This document shows, one piece after another, positions 18,072-28,265 of a stretch of 64,000 nucleotides of DNA. The position numbers and the translations under genes were made by a program. Below the pieces are notes generated by a model. That model worked only from the letters and a program-made list of their open reading frames with translations. It made no database searches and was not told the DNA's origin. The stretch is from a phage. The stretch lies in the NCBI GenBank assembly GCA_025611195.1, contig GCA_025611195.1_4718.2; one strand, written 5' to 3'. The stretch's first letter is position 1; each line of letters opens with the position of its first letter.

Positions 18072-20240
18072 TTAGCTTTCGCAGTCATCTGCGTCGATGA
18101 TTTGTCCGCCAGCAACGTTCAGTTGATGATACAGAATCCTCAACGCACGGTTGCCACCAATGGGATACTTCTCGAAGTTGGTCGCAATAGGAATCGCTGA
18201 CGGCTTATCGGTCGCATAGATGCTTTCAGTGATGCTATCCACCTGTTTTGGATTGTTCGCATAGTCCATAAAGACGCTCGCAAACCATCCGCCAGCGAAG
18301 GCGGTAACTTCGCGATGTTCAGATTCGCCACAGTAACGAGTCGGTTGCTCTTTACCGGGAGAACTGTATTTATCGCTATTACTGAGTTTCGACGGTAATC
18401 CATGCGCTTGCAATTTAGGGATACCCACAGCCGACCAATCGTTCGCCGTCTTCTCCAACATCATGATGTACGTGTCACCGATCGCAATATCGTTCTTGGT
18501 TGTCCGCCACTGTCCAGAACGCCCGCGGTACCGTACAGGACCTTTCTTCAACGGGAACTCACGAATCAGATTCTCCATACGTTCTGAACCTGCTGCGATA
18601 CTGTCCGTCGGGATATAAACTTCCGTACCGTGGCGCTGTACGTACCGTAAATGATCCCATTTATCCTCATTCGTGATACAGTATTTTTCAACAACCTGTT
18701 CCACGAACTCAGGACTGACGATATAGTAATAGCGCATCAGTGTGTTCCAGGCGGTCTCCAGATCGCCTGCATCCATCACTGGTTTCAGTTCACGCATGAT
18801 CTGATCACCAACGCCGTTGATGTATGGCGCATTAACACGACTTAAACTCATCCTTTTAATTACCGTGCTATCGTCAAACATAAAGTCCGCAACGTTACCC
18901 CATTGGTCAACCGGCATTTCATCGTCTTCCATGATGTCGGTTACGACGAATTTATCGCCTGCCATACCGGTGAATTTAAACCCGATGCCTGGAACAACGT
19001 CATACGTGTATGTGATGGTCACACGCCAATCATCAAGATTCTCTTTACGGTAATCGCGGGTCGGTAACACATGGCGTAGCTGTCCGTTAGGATTGCGGAT
19101 ATCAATACCGTGTTCAGCGTCAGCCAGGTTCAACCACCACATCACCGTTTGATGATGACGTATCGGCGTACCAACGCGTTCACGTTCGTACTTACGAACA
19201 GCATCCTGAATTCGGGTGTAAAGCAAACCGATTGCGTTCTCGTATTTCAGGAATTGACGATACGGAGGACGCATCTTCTCTTCCATCATAATCGCGCGCT
19301 CGCGGGCTTGACGTCCAGAACGACGATGTCGATCGCTGACAACATCGATATCCGTTACACGCGCATTCGGTTCAGCGTAAGTGAGATCATCGTAAACATA
19401 ATCCACACGCTGAAGATTACACGTCATCATGTCAACAACGCTGAGGATAGGATCTATTTCGCGTGTTGCTGCAAGTAACCCATCCTTACGAATACGCTCA
19501 CCGTTCTCGGGTATCGCTTGATATACCTCATCATCGCCGTAGAGATTAATTGGATATCGTGATTTACCTGATGTGATCGTTCGCTTCTCAATGCCGGTAC
19601 TGGTGAAATGCTTCAATACACCACGACGGGCAACGCCACCATCTTCAATACACTGGTAGAAGCTACCGAAACACACCTTGCAATCGCGACCGTAACCCCA
19701 CTCACGTGTTTCTTGATTGATCGCTGGGCTTTCCATCAAACGAGAATATCGCGGTACGATCTGGCCTCGACGAAGGGAATGGAACAAGTTGGTTGGTCGA
19801 AAACGGAAACCGTACTGCTGATGCATGATGTGATGCTCAGGCACTTCAAGCAAGCGTAGCTCGTGACGGTTACCATCCTCTTGGTTTTCGTACAGCACGT
19901 AATGCATCGTGTTTGTTTTGATGCTGTTTGCTGTATGTCCTGGTTGAAACCGTGGAATGATATCTATGATGCGAGATTCAACTGGAAACTCTACTGACCA
20001 AGTGTTCTGTCCGTACTGGTATTCAATCCCCGTCGTTAGTCGGGACGGCTTCGCATCTTTGATAACCAACGCTTGGCTAAGATGTCCACCAAACATCGCA
20101 GCGCGCTGTGCTGAGTTATAATGCAATAGCCCGTTAAGTCCAGTCCCTACGCCAGTATACTCCTGTTTAATGGGAATGATTTTACCTTCAGCGATTGCCT
20201 GCTTCACAGATTCATAAAGAGGTTTTTCTTTATAATGCAT
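18072..20240 (-). CDS. multisubunit RNA polymerase beta, C-terminal portion
   Basis: TGMAGDKF..EMPVDQWGNVADFMFDD..IKRMSLSRV resembles beta GRHGNKGV..DMPYDENGTPVDIVLNP..PSRMNIGQ; YIMMLEK resembles YMYMLKL; ATG at 20240 has AGGAAG RBS. Confidence 0.6.
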   Translation of the reverse strand: MHYKEKPLYESVKQAIAEGKIIPIKQEYTGVGTGLNGLLHYNSAQRAAMFGGHLSQALVIKDAKPSRLTTGIEYQYGQNTWSVEFPVESRIIDIIPRFQPGHTANSIKTNTMHYVLYENQEDGNRHELRLLEVPEHHIMHQQYGFRFRPTNLFHSLRRGQIVPRYSRLMESPAINQETREWGYGRDCKVCFGSFYQCIEDGGVARRGVLKHFTSTGIEKRTITSGKSRYPINLYGDDEVYQAIPENGERIRKDGLLAATREIDPILSVVDMMTCNLQRVDYVYDDLTYAEPNARVTDIDVVSDRHRRSGRQARERAIMMEEKMRPPYRQFLKYENAIGLLYTRIQDAVRKYERERVGTPIRHHQTVMWWLNLADAEHGIDIRNPNGQLRHVLPTRDYRKENLDDWRVTITYTYDVVPGIGFKFTGMAGDKFVVTDIMEDDEMPVDQWGNVADFMFDDSTVIKRMSLSRVNAPYINGVGDQIMRELKPVMDAGDLETAWNTLMRYYYIVSPEFVEQVVEKYCITNEDKWDHLRYVQRHGTEVYIPTDSIAAGSERMENLIREFPLKKGPVRYRGRSGQWRTTKNDIAIGDTYIMMLEKTANDWSAVGIPKLQAHGLPSKLSNSDKYSSPGKEQPTRYCGESEHREVTAFAGGWFASVFMDYANNPKQVDSITESIYATDKPSAIPIATNFEKYPIGGNRALRILYHQLNVAGGQIIDADDCES

Positions 20241-20271
20241 AGGACTTCCTATTATCGAATTGAGGTACGTC

Positions 20272-20625
20272 ATGTCTAACACGCCCCTGAACGACTTTCT
20301 TAAGACAAACCCCGATGACCTCATCCACGATCTTGATTTCAGGAACGTTGTTGAGATGCATCTGGAATATTTCAAAAATGCCGGACTGGTCTCTACGATA
20401 GACATACCACCCGAACGCGCCTACGAATTCGATGGTAACTTTTATGGATTGTGTCGTGTTCTGCTCGGCGAGGGCAGTGAATCAATGCACTGGATCACCA
20501 TGAGACTCAATGGTTATCGCGACCCTACGGAATACACGGCCGATGTTCTAACCATGAAGATTGTCGATACAAGCGCAATCAACACATTAAAACAGCAGTA
20601 CCGCACAATCCACTACAGCGCTTAA
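20272..20625 (+). CDS. hypothetical protein (117 aa)
   Basis: Track start is TTG at 20260; ATG at 20272 has GAGGTA RBS; diverges head-to-head from the beta gene. Confidence 0.5.
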   Translation: MSNTPLNDFLKTNPDDLIHDLDFRNVVEMHLEYFKNAGLVSTIDIPPERAYEFDGNFYGLCRVLLGEGSESMHWITMRLNGYRDPTEYTADVLTMKIVDTSAINTLKQQYRTIHYSA

Positions 20626-20630
20626 GATAA

Positions 20631-20659
20631 CCCTCCCACAGCGTAAAGCGTAGGGAGGG
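20631..20659. terminator. stem-loop between convergent genes (CCCTCCC/GGGAGGG)
   Basis: Between the ends of 20272-20625 (+) and 20691-21971 (-). Confidence 0.5.
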
Positions 20660-20690
20660 CATTTATGCCGTCGTTCGTTGGCTTAGCACA

Positions 20691-21971
20691 TCAGAAACGA
20701 TTTACAGTACGTCCTGTCCACGCACTCAGGATGTTGTTACGTTCCATCTCAGCCCGACGACGTAAACCGTTTGGCGACTGCGGTGCTGGCGGCATCCCCC
20801 ACCCAGCAGGCTGCATACCCATACCAGGCCAAGCGGTATTATTGAACATCGTGCCGTTACGTTCCGCGACACGATTCATCAACGCATCAAACGTGCTATT
20901 ACCTGCCGGTTGGTTACCACCACTTTCCCACTGATTAGGTTGAACAGGTGCGGTTTTACCTAACAGGTTATCAATCACGTTACTTGTTGCAGCAGGACGC
21001 GGTTGCATACCTTCATGTGCAGCTGCTGATGGATTTGGCTTAACCGTCGGCTGCGGACGACTGTTCAGCGTTACACCCATGTTGTATTTCGCTGGTGGAA
21101 TCTGACCACGATGTTGGGTAATCGGCTCAAAATCCTCGACCCAGGTAACATCGCAATAACCGTTCTCTTTACCGTCGTACTTATCACCAAACAGTTTGAT
21201 GAGATTGTTCAGCGGTTCCATCAGCTTCGCGAAGCTGTGGATAAGACAATCGAAATAGGGAGCATGAGGATCGCTTGACCCAGCATTATACGTTTCACTT
21301 ACTTCACCGGAGTGAGGGATAACGTACTCAACCAGGTTTCTCAGCATGTTAAGATCTTTCTTGGAAATCTCAACACCACACCAGTACGTTTTCTTATCTT
21401 TCGTGCTGATGTGTTCCTCTTCCATGAACGGGAAAGTAACTACCGCAACACGGGTCATCTTCTTACCCATGTAGGTTGCGCCGGTACGACGAAGATAAAT
21501 TTTAGACAGCGTATACGGTGTGTCGCGTTTCAACCAAACGGTAACCAGTTTGCCCAGGGTCGTTAATGTTTTATCGCTGGCGTCCGCAAGGATGTTGAAG
21601 AACTCTTTTTGCTTCGGTCCGAAACGTTTTGCTTCTTTAGGGTTGATTGCGGTTTCAACCATCCAAATCAGCATAGAACACAGCGTGGCGTTAAAACGAA
21701 CAACCATCGCGCGACGCAGGAACTGAAGTACTTCCGATTCGCCGTTCATCACGTCTTCACTTAACGGATGGAACAACACGCGTTCAGCTAACTGGTTTCC
21801 GGTACGAACTTCGGGAACCGGCATCAGCAACGGCATGCTTTCCACGGTAGCGGCAACTGCAACAACTTTACCATCCCCATCCGTAAAACGATATTCTAAT
21901 TCGTGGGCATCATTCTCAAAATAGTTAACGCTTTGCAGCGCTTTGCGATAAGCTTCAATAAGCTTCGACAT
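20691..21971 (-). CDS. hypothetical protein with G/P/Q/N-rich C-terminal tail (426 aa)
   Basis: ORF track; low-complexity C-terminus. Confidence 0.6.
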   Translation of the reverse strand: MSKLIEAYRKALQSVNYFENDAHELEYRFTDGDGKVVAVAATVESMPLLMPVPEVRTGNQLAERVLFHPLSEDVMNGESEVLQFLRRAMVVRFNATLCSMLIWMVETAINPKEAKRFGPKQKEFFNILADASDKTLTTLGKLVTVWLKRDTPYTLSKIYLRRTGATYMGKKMTRVAVVTFPFMEEEHISTKDKKTYWCGVEISKKDLNMLRNLVEYVIPHSGEVSETYNAGSSDPHAPYFDCLIHSFAKLMEPLNNLIKLFGDKYDGKENGYCDVTWVEDFEPITQHRGQIPPAKYNMGVTLNSRPQPTVKPNPSAAAHEGMQPRPAATSNVIDNLLGKTAPVQPNQWESGGNQPAGNSTFDALMNRVAERNGTMFNNTAWPGMGMQPAGWGMPPAPQSPNGLRRRAEMERNNILSAWTGRTVNRF

Positions 21972-21999
21972 ATTACGTTTCCTTTTCTTTTACGTCAAC

Positions 22000-22020
22000 G
22001 GTCCCCCACAACAGGGGACC
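22000..22020 (-). terminator. stem-loop GGTCCCC/GGGGACC
   Basis: 7-bp inverted repeat between two minus-strand genes. Confidence 0.4.
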
Positions 22021-22026
22021 TATGGA

Positions 22027-23613
22027 TTAGAAGTTGCCTTTGGTAGTTACCGCATCCACCAGGTTAAACAAATCAACACTCAGCTTGTAAACCTCCTGCT
22101 GGCTACGGTTGAGCAGTGGGCTGTACGCGGACGGGTTGATGTTCGGCATGGTGTACGGAATCGGTGAAGAGCCGTCAACGCTGATCTTGAACTGGCTGTC
22201 CAGGAACAGGTTGATTGCGCCACTCACCATAACCGCGTTCGGGTTGTTACCCAACATGGAGGGCAGGATATTGGTAATCATGTCAGAGCGCATCTGTTCA
22301 GCAGCGCGGTTACAATCATACCCTTTAATGAACGGTACAGCGTCAGTAACCGCAACCGCCCATTGCCCAGGCATGATACCTAGTTCTGGATGGCCGTGGT
22401 TATCAGCAATGAAACGGAACGATTCCAACATGCGATACGTCATCGCAGCAGGCATCATCGCAGCAAGCGACGAACAGTACAATGTTGGGTAATCGATAAC
22501 GTCCCAGCTCTGGCTATCGGTCGGCATCCAGCCAAACTCAGTGGTTGCTGATGTACCGCGACGAGCTTCCACATACGGGAATAACGTTAATACGTCACGG
22601 ATATGTTCGCCGAACATCCGTTTCATGTCTACCCAACTCATGCTACCGCTGAAGGCGAATCCCTCATCACGCATGATCGCACCGAATACCGGATGTGCAA
22701 CCAACGGTTCTTCACGAACAGCTTGAGCTGCTTCTACGTAAATATCCTCATTCTCTGCGCTACCTGGATGAGACCCGCTTTCGTACGTCTGACGAATAGC
22801 CCCGACGTTATCGAAGGCTTTTCTTAGATAGATGGTTGGGATGTTCGTATCAGCACTCGCTGGTTTGATTTTCTCCGTTGCGAAACACATTGCTGCTTCC
22901 ACACCACGAAAAACCGGTTCCGGTTGCGATTGATAGGAAGAGCGATGGACCACATCAGCGTAGGCTGGATCGAACTGCTGCATCACGTTCTGCATGGCTG
23001 GGTCCATGAACTGGTTATCAAAACCACCATTGCCTACCCAACGTGCTGTCGACGCATAAGTCAGCGTATCCTGAACACGAGTACTGAACTGAACATCACG
23101 ATTAACAGGGTCGTATGCGCCAGTCAAAAGGTTCGTTGCGTCCATCGGGGTCGCGCGAACGATTTGCTTACCGAACATATCCGTTGTGGTTGTTTCGGTT
23201 ACCTGGATTACATTCGTGAAGAAGAACACCAGTTCGTTCGGTAGATCGATAGAACGCGTTGTAAACGCATCGAGGCTTACCGAATGGTCGGTGTATCCAG
23301 AAATGTAATGGACGCGCTTGGTTCCTGGTGCAAGGGCCAAGGATTCTTCCACAGCCATCATGAAATGGAAACGACGTGTGCCCCAACCATTCGCAATCTC
23401 CGAAACCCCCTCAGGTTCTGCAGACTGCTGTAACAAACCGGTTGCAAGCTTATTGATTGCTGATGGGGTTGTTGCCGTACCGAACTTCGTCGTGTTAATA
23501 AAGTCTTCGATGCTACGCATGCTATCTGCATGGAATCGTAGTGGACGACGTTGTACGTTGTTGTACGGTGCGGTTTCAACCATCAGTATTTCACGAACAT
23601 TCATCGGGATCAT
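22027..23613 (-). CDS. hypothetical protein (528 aa)
   Basis: Long ORF, 2-nt gap to upstream gene. Confidence 0.6.
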   Translation of the reverse strand: MIPMNVREILMVETAPYNNVQRRPLRFHADSMRSIEDFINTTKFGTATTPSAINKLATGLLQQSAEPEGVSEIANGWGTRRFHFMMAVEESLALAPGTKRVHYISGYTDHSVSLDAFTTRSIDLPNELVFFFTNVIQVTETTTTDMFGKQIVRATPMDATNLLTGAYDPVNRDVQFSTRVQDTLTYASTARWVGNGGFDNQFMDPAMQNVMQQFDPAYADVVHRSSYQSQPEPVFRGVEAAMCFATEKIKPASADTNIPTIYLRKAFDNVGAIRQTYESGSHPGSAENEDIYVEAAQAVREEPLVAHPVFGAIMRDEGFAFSGSMSWVDMKRMFGEHIRDVLTLFPYVEARRGTSATTEFGWMPTDSQSWDVIDYPTLYCSSLAAMMPAAMTYRMLESFRFIADNHGHPELGIMPGQWAVAVTDAVPFIKGYDCNRAAEQMRSDMITNILPSMLGNNPNAVMVSGAINLFLDSQFKISVDGSSPIPYTMPNINPSAYSPLLNRSQQEVYKLSVDLFNLVDAVTTKGNF

Positions 23614-23614
23614 T

Positions 23615-25201
23615 TTATTTTTTTCCTCTTAAATTTACTACATGTTCATTTAATCGAACAACTAATTGCACAAGCTGCTGACGGATATCTGCTGGACAAA
23701 GCATCAATCCTTTACGATCAGCTGGGACTTTCTCAAGGATTTCCGGACCTGCTGCGGAAACATCCCAATCCCATTCACAAAACGCATCAGCCACCATGTT
23801 AATACCGACAACCGGTAAAGTTGTACGTTCATCTTCATACATGGCATGCGGATACAATTTATTGACGGTAATGACCTCCTGTGGTTTTAACTGATGGATA
23901 ATCTGGTAAACGTCGTCGCGTTTAACCTGGATACCTACGGTCAGCGCAGCCAGTTGAGGAAAACCCCAATGGTCTAATAAACACGCTGCGATCGCTAACG
24001 CTTTTGCCTGATGTACGGCTTCAATCGGTGATAGACTTCTCGCTGGAAGATGGCTATCAAGCAACCATTGTGCCAATGCTCGGCATCCACGGTTGATTGG
24101 TTTTAACTCAACGCTGTCATCATGTTTAGCGTAGGTGTATCCGTCGTAACGTTTTGCGATACGCGCATACATGTCTTCAACTTTACCGTAAGGTGCCGTT
24201 TCATCGATGTCGTGCAGCACCCGTTCCATCTGGGTAAGATACGCGATGTCGAGAATGAGTACGCGCGGTGAACGTTTATCTTTCACCATCAACGCATCGA
24301 TCACGCCTTGGCTATCTTCGTCTTGCGCGTTCCCTCGCGGGGTTTTCTCGCGAATCGGTCCGCTGAAACGTCGTTCCGTACAAAGGTTATTCACATAGCT
24401 AAAGATCAACGTTACCAGGTGCGTACAACTTACCAACACCCCATCTTTAACGACAGGCTGTACGGCTTGGTCCAAATCGCGTACTGCGAGACGGCGAACG
24501 ATGGCTTGTGAACGCAACCAACCGGGTACTTTCTCCGTCGACATGTAATCCACTGTCATCGACAGCGTGATCTTTTTATCACCTGTCTGCGCACGGATAT
24601 AATCTTCCAGTCGGTCGTAAGCAGCGATATCATGAATGCGTGTTTTATACATTAACGACATAGCTACTTCTTCTTTACGTACCGTCCCGTACGTTTTCCC
24701 TGCGTCAATCAGAAACTCCGCCCAAATCGGCACCATCAGACGGACGTAGATCGCTAACGCCGTTAACTCAACGTAATCATTTCGTAAATAGGTTTTCTCG
24801 GGTATATCATCCTCACCTAATGTTGTTTTCATGTCCGGCGGTAATTTTACCCAACCTGGGGTATTACACAACGCCAGAATCTCTTCATACACAACCGGTT
24901 TGTAAATTTCACCAACAGCGCGGCTCAACTCCTCCATTTGTTGTTGTGGAGCAATGTAGTTATCCATCGCTTCACGTGCTTTAACGAACCCTTCGAAGAT
25001 GTCGTCGATTCGACGTGGGTTCTTTTGTTCTATCCAGGCGAGATACTTGTTAATCTCCCGCATCTGATTGCTAGCCATATCCCCATCAATCTTGATGTAA
25101 CCCTGGCCTGAAAATTCCACGGTACGTCCGTCACGATGTTTGATGAGATAGTGATCCAGCTTTTCTTTGCCTTGCGTCGTAATGACGGGCACTATGTGCA
25201 T
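23615..25201 (-). CDS. hypothetical protein (528 aa)
   Basis: Long ORF preceded by promoter-like motif at 25294-25313. Confidence 0.6.
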   Translation of the reverse strand: MHIVPVITTQGKEKLDHYLIKHRDGRTVEFSGQGYIKIDGDMASNQMREINKYLAWIEQKNPRRIDDIFEGFVKAREAMDNYIAPQQQMEELSRAVGEIYKPVVYEEILALCNTPGWVKLPPDMKTTLGEDDIPEKTYLRNDYVELTALAIYVRLMVPIWAEFLIDAGKTYGTVRKEEVAMSLMYKTRIHDIAAYDRLEDYIRAQTGDKKITLSMTVDYMSTEKVPGWLRSQAIVRRLAVRDLDQAVQPVVKDGVLVSCTHLVTLIFSYVNNLCTERRFSGPIREKTPRGNAQDEDSQGVIDALMVKDKRSPRVLILDIAYLTQMERVLHDIDETAPYGKVEDMYARIAKRYDGYTYAKHDDSVELKPINRGCRALAQWLLDSHLPARSLSPIEAVHQAKALAIAACLLDHWGFPQLAALTVGIQVKRDDVYQIIHQLKPQEVITVNKLYPHAMYEDERTTLPVVGINMVADAFCEWDWDVSAAGPEILEKVPADRKGLMLCPADIRQQLVQLVVRLNEHVVNLRGKK

Positions 25202-25293
25202 AACAACCTCTTTTCGCGGTTCCCTGTTAAAACGTCTTCGGCGACGTCTACCACAAAGGTAACATTTATGTCGCCTCTATGACTTTGTTCATA

Positions 25294-25313
25294 GAGGTAA
25301 TATAAGCGTGAAT
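25294..25313 (-). promoter_or_regulatory. promoter-like motif, minus-strand ATTCACGCTTATATTACCTC
   Basis: Same consensus; about 95 nt upstream of gene start 25201; abuts hairpin 25274-25297. Confidence 0.45.
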
Positions 25314-25443
25314 AATTTTGGATTCCGGCTGAGTTATCGCTCAGCATGCAAGGCATCCCGCCGAAGCGAGACACCTTGCACTAACGGAAGATATTCGCGT
25401 TACCTTCTGAGTCTTCGATTCAGAATGCGAAGCTGAAGCATTA

Positions 25444-26232
25444 TTAGAACGCTAAGCCATCAAAGGCTACCGACGGATCATCGTCGTCATTTGCGCTTGG
25501 TGCATCCCAACGGGTATCTGGGGCTGCTGGAGCCGAACGCGATGCGTTAGAGTTACCGTTGTACTGGCCGTTACCAGCATTACGGTTACCGCCGCCGTTA
25601 TTGTTGTTACGATTATAGCTATTATTGCCATTGCTTACGCTACGGCTTTCACCATCGAAATTGGTCGCGAGGATGCTTGGCAACACCGCACGATGAATAC
25701 GTACGAATTCCAGCGCGCAAAGCGGTGAAACAACCCCGATCTGTAAAGGTTGTCCAGACTCATCAACCAAAGAGTGGAAACGTGGCGGCTTGAATACGAA
25801 CTGGATGTTCGGTTTTTGGTACGCAGTTACGGCGATATATACCGAACCATCATCATTCTTACCAACCCATGTTGTACTTTCGGTAATCTGTTTCTTCTTA
25901 CCTGGGTTATTGCGATCATCAATAACCTTTTCGTTCTTCATCGCAAAGCGTTGACCTGGTTTACCCTTAGCAACCTGCTCGAGGATCGCAAGCAGGTTAT
26001 AGAACGCATATGAACTCATGCGTGCCCAAATGCTTTCAGCGCGACCCTGCTGGTCCTTACGACCTGTATAAACCGTGATACGCGGTTGATTCTTAGCAAC
26101 GCTAATTTTCAATGAGGGGACTGAATTGCCGCCCTCAACTTTTTCGTCCGCCCACAGTTTCCAGTTGTTGTCGTCGTAAGCCGTAGGAATAATGTTTCCT
26201 TGTGGTTTACTGCCCGAATTCCAATTGCTCAT
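25444..26232 (-). CDS. SSB-like protein candidate
   Basis: C-terminal N/G-rich low-complexity linker followed by acidic tip DDDDPSVAFDGLAF, the architecture of SSB tails. Confidence 0.3.
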   Translation of the reverse strand: MSNWNSGSKPQGNIIPTAYDDNNWKLWADEKVEGGNSVPSLKISVAKNQPRITVYTGRKDQQGRAESIWARMSSYAFYNLLAILEQVAKGKPGQRFAMKNEKVIDDRNNPGKKKQITESTTWVGKNDDGSVYIAVTAYQKPNIQFVFKPPRFHSLVDESGQPLQIGVVSPLCALEFVRIHRAVLPSILATNFDGESRSVSNGNNSYNRNNNNGGGNRNAGNGQYNGNSNASRSAPAAPDTRWDAPSANDDDDPSVAFDGLAF

Positions 26233-26305
26233 TTTCAGCCTCGTTACGTAGTGTGAATCAATTTCTGGTTCAGATGATAGTTAATATTAGTTAAAAATTA
26301 CAGCC

Positions 26306-27103
26306 TCAGCGGAACATGTCCAACAGAAAACGTTTTGCGAAGGGGTCGCGTAACTGGTTGACGCCAAAGCGTGTACGGTCTTCCGTTGTTAACGGATTCC
26401 ACTGACTCTGTTTCGCAAGATCTAACAGCATCCTTTTTATTTTCACCGGCCCGCTGTTAAACTGTACGGCTTGGTCGCCGAACGTTCCCAATGTCATCTT
26501 TGTAAATGGGAGGTTCGCAACCTCTGGACGATCTCCACCAGTAAGTTTGGTCGACCACTGATGTTTTCGTTTCAAAGTTCCGGTATGACTCTCTACCAAA
26601 ATAAGTTCACCAAAACCGGTTCTTGCCAACAAGTCAGAAACATAGTGCGTAGTGATATACGACGTTTTGGTTATCGTGGGTAATTTACAATCCATCGATT
26701 CGATATTGGGGAGTCGATCTACAGACGCCATCAACCCACGATAAAGTGTGGCGAGTCCTTTTTGTTTTTCGGTGTGTGGCTCCTTGTGTATAGCGTGCGG
26801 ATAAACACGCTTTATTGACGCATAGGTTGGCGCATATATCCGCAAACGAATATGGGGAACGAGTTCATTCACCAACTGCCTTAGCTGCAGCAACTCGTTT
26901 TGAAAATCCCCCGTTATCATCGATAATGGTAATTTATGCTGTTCGACGTCTTCAAAGCTTTCAACAAAATTGCGCGCTAAAGTACGCAGGTTGAACAACC
27001 AATCCATCGGCGTTTCTGGCTGTTGCTGCACGGCTGATAATGTTGCTGACGTCCCCACCGATAAAGGATAATCACCTAACGTGCGGGCGTACATATCGCT
27101 CAT
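26306..27103 (-). CDS. hypothetical protein (265 aa)
   Basis: ATG at 27103 with AAGGAG RBS; track start 27139 would overlap the upstream gene. Confidence 0.55.
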   Translation of the reverse strand: MSDMYARTLGDYPLSVGTSATLSAVQQQPETPMDWLFNLRTLARNFVESFEDVEQHKLPLSMITGDFQNELLQLRQLVNELVPHIRLRIYAPTYASIKRVYPHAIHKEPHTEKQKGLATLYRGLMASVDRLPNIESMDCKLPTITKTSYITTHYVSDLLARTGFGELILVESHTGTLKRKHQWSTKLTGGDRPEVANLPFTKMTLGTFGDQAVQFNSGPVKIKRMLLDLAKQSQWNPLTTEDRTRFGVNQLRDPFAKRFLLDMFR

Positions 27104-27122
27104 ACCCCACAACTCCTTCTTA

Positions 27123-28265
27123 TCATGGCAACGTATCAAGCCAAGCAGAAACCTTTAAGGCATCAACGTTCGGGTATTTATTACGGATGCGTTCGACCAG
27201 CAAACGCTTAACGTTGTCCTTTGTCAAGTCCCCGCCTTTCTCGATAACGTTATTGACAAAACTGTTCTTTAATAACGACTGGTTGTTCTTGGCGTCCGTT
27301 TTAATTGTCCAGATAAAACCTGGATACAAAGAAGGGATAGAACGAAACGTTTTCGCTGCGTCGTCTTCCTTATCACAACGTATTCGGATGTGATCGCCCT
27401 TCTTCAATGAAGCCAATTCCCGTTCCAATACACGAATGATTTCATCTCCAACAAGACCGTGCAGTTTTATCGTCTTGTAGACATCTGCTTTCTTGTTCTC
27501 AACAAATTCCCATTGGTCGTTAAACGATTCTGTTAACGTATAACGGAGGTACCCCTTTGGACCTTCTTCGCCATGCGACAAGCGACCGAACGAACCGCCA
27601 ACCATGATACGTCCTTTCTGGGATTGTAAGTGGATATGCCCACTCACGACCCACCCTTGGGTCTTCTCTACCATTGCGTTATACGCATCGCTGCTATGAA
27701 CACATGTCGCTTTTAACGCTTCTGGTGGAAGCTGATATTCAAACGCGCCGTGCATCAGAATGAAGTCCGGCGATCCCTTCTCATCAATAAGTCGGTTCAC
27801 AGCCGACAACGTCACATCCGGATCGTGGCTGTAGTTATCTGGAAGATAGAGCACTTTTAAACCAAAGTCTTCATCAACCATGCAGAGATCATCGTAATAA
27901 CGAACTTTCGCTCCTATCTCCATGACCTCGTTCTGTTCAACGAACCACTGGCTTTGCTTCTGGTCATGTAAATTGGTACCTTCAAGAAAGATCAACGTAA
28001 TATCGTGTTTTCTCGCATACCGTAACAACCAGGTACCCCAGGCACGAACAGCAACCACGTCACTCGTTACAAATGTCGTAATACGATCGAAGACATCACC
28101 ACTGAATGTAATCACGTCAAGCAGCGCAGGATCTTCTTTTGTGATATAATAACGTAGCTGGCTAATCAGATTCACTGTCGGTGTTTGACGATGGATAAAG
28201 TGAATATCCGACAAGTTGATTCCTCGTAATACCCCAGGCGTTTTATTTCGACTGAAGTCTCGCAT
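27123..28265 (-). CDS. Mre11/SbcD-like nuclease (calcineurin-like phosphoesterase)
   Basis: Ordered motifs NLSDIHF, SGDVFD, EGTNLHD, MHGAFE, SGHIH match metallophosphoesterase motifs I-V. Confidence 0.55.
   Translation of the reverse strand: MRDFSRNKTPGVLRGINLSDIHFIHRQTPTVNLISQLRYYITKEDPALLDVITFSGDVFDRITTFVTSDVVAVRAWGTWLLRYARKHDITLIFLEGTNLHDQKQSQWFVEQNEVMEIGAKVRYYDDLCMVDEDFGLKVLYLPDNYSHDPDVTLSAVNRLIDEKGSPDFILMHGAFEYQLPPEALKATCVHSSDAYNAMVEKTQGWVVSGHIHLQSQKGRIMVGGSFGRLSHGEEGPKGYLRYTLTESFNDQWEFVENKKADVYKTIKLHGLVGDEIIRVLERELASLKKGDHIRIRCDKEDDAAKTFRSIPSLYPGFIWTIKTDAKNNQSLLKNSFVNNVIEKGGDLTKDNVKRLLVERIRNKYPNVDALKVSAWLDTLP

Noticed and set aside
25400-25443. TTCGATTC, reminiscent of a tRNA T-loop
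   Set aside because: Flanking bases do not form a T-arm or acceptor stem; it is part of a simple palindromic hairpin.
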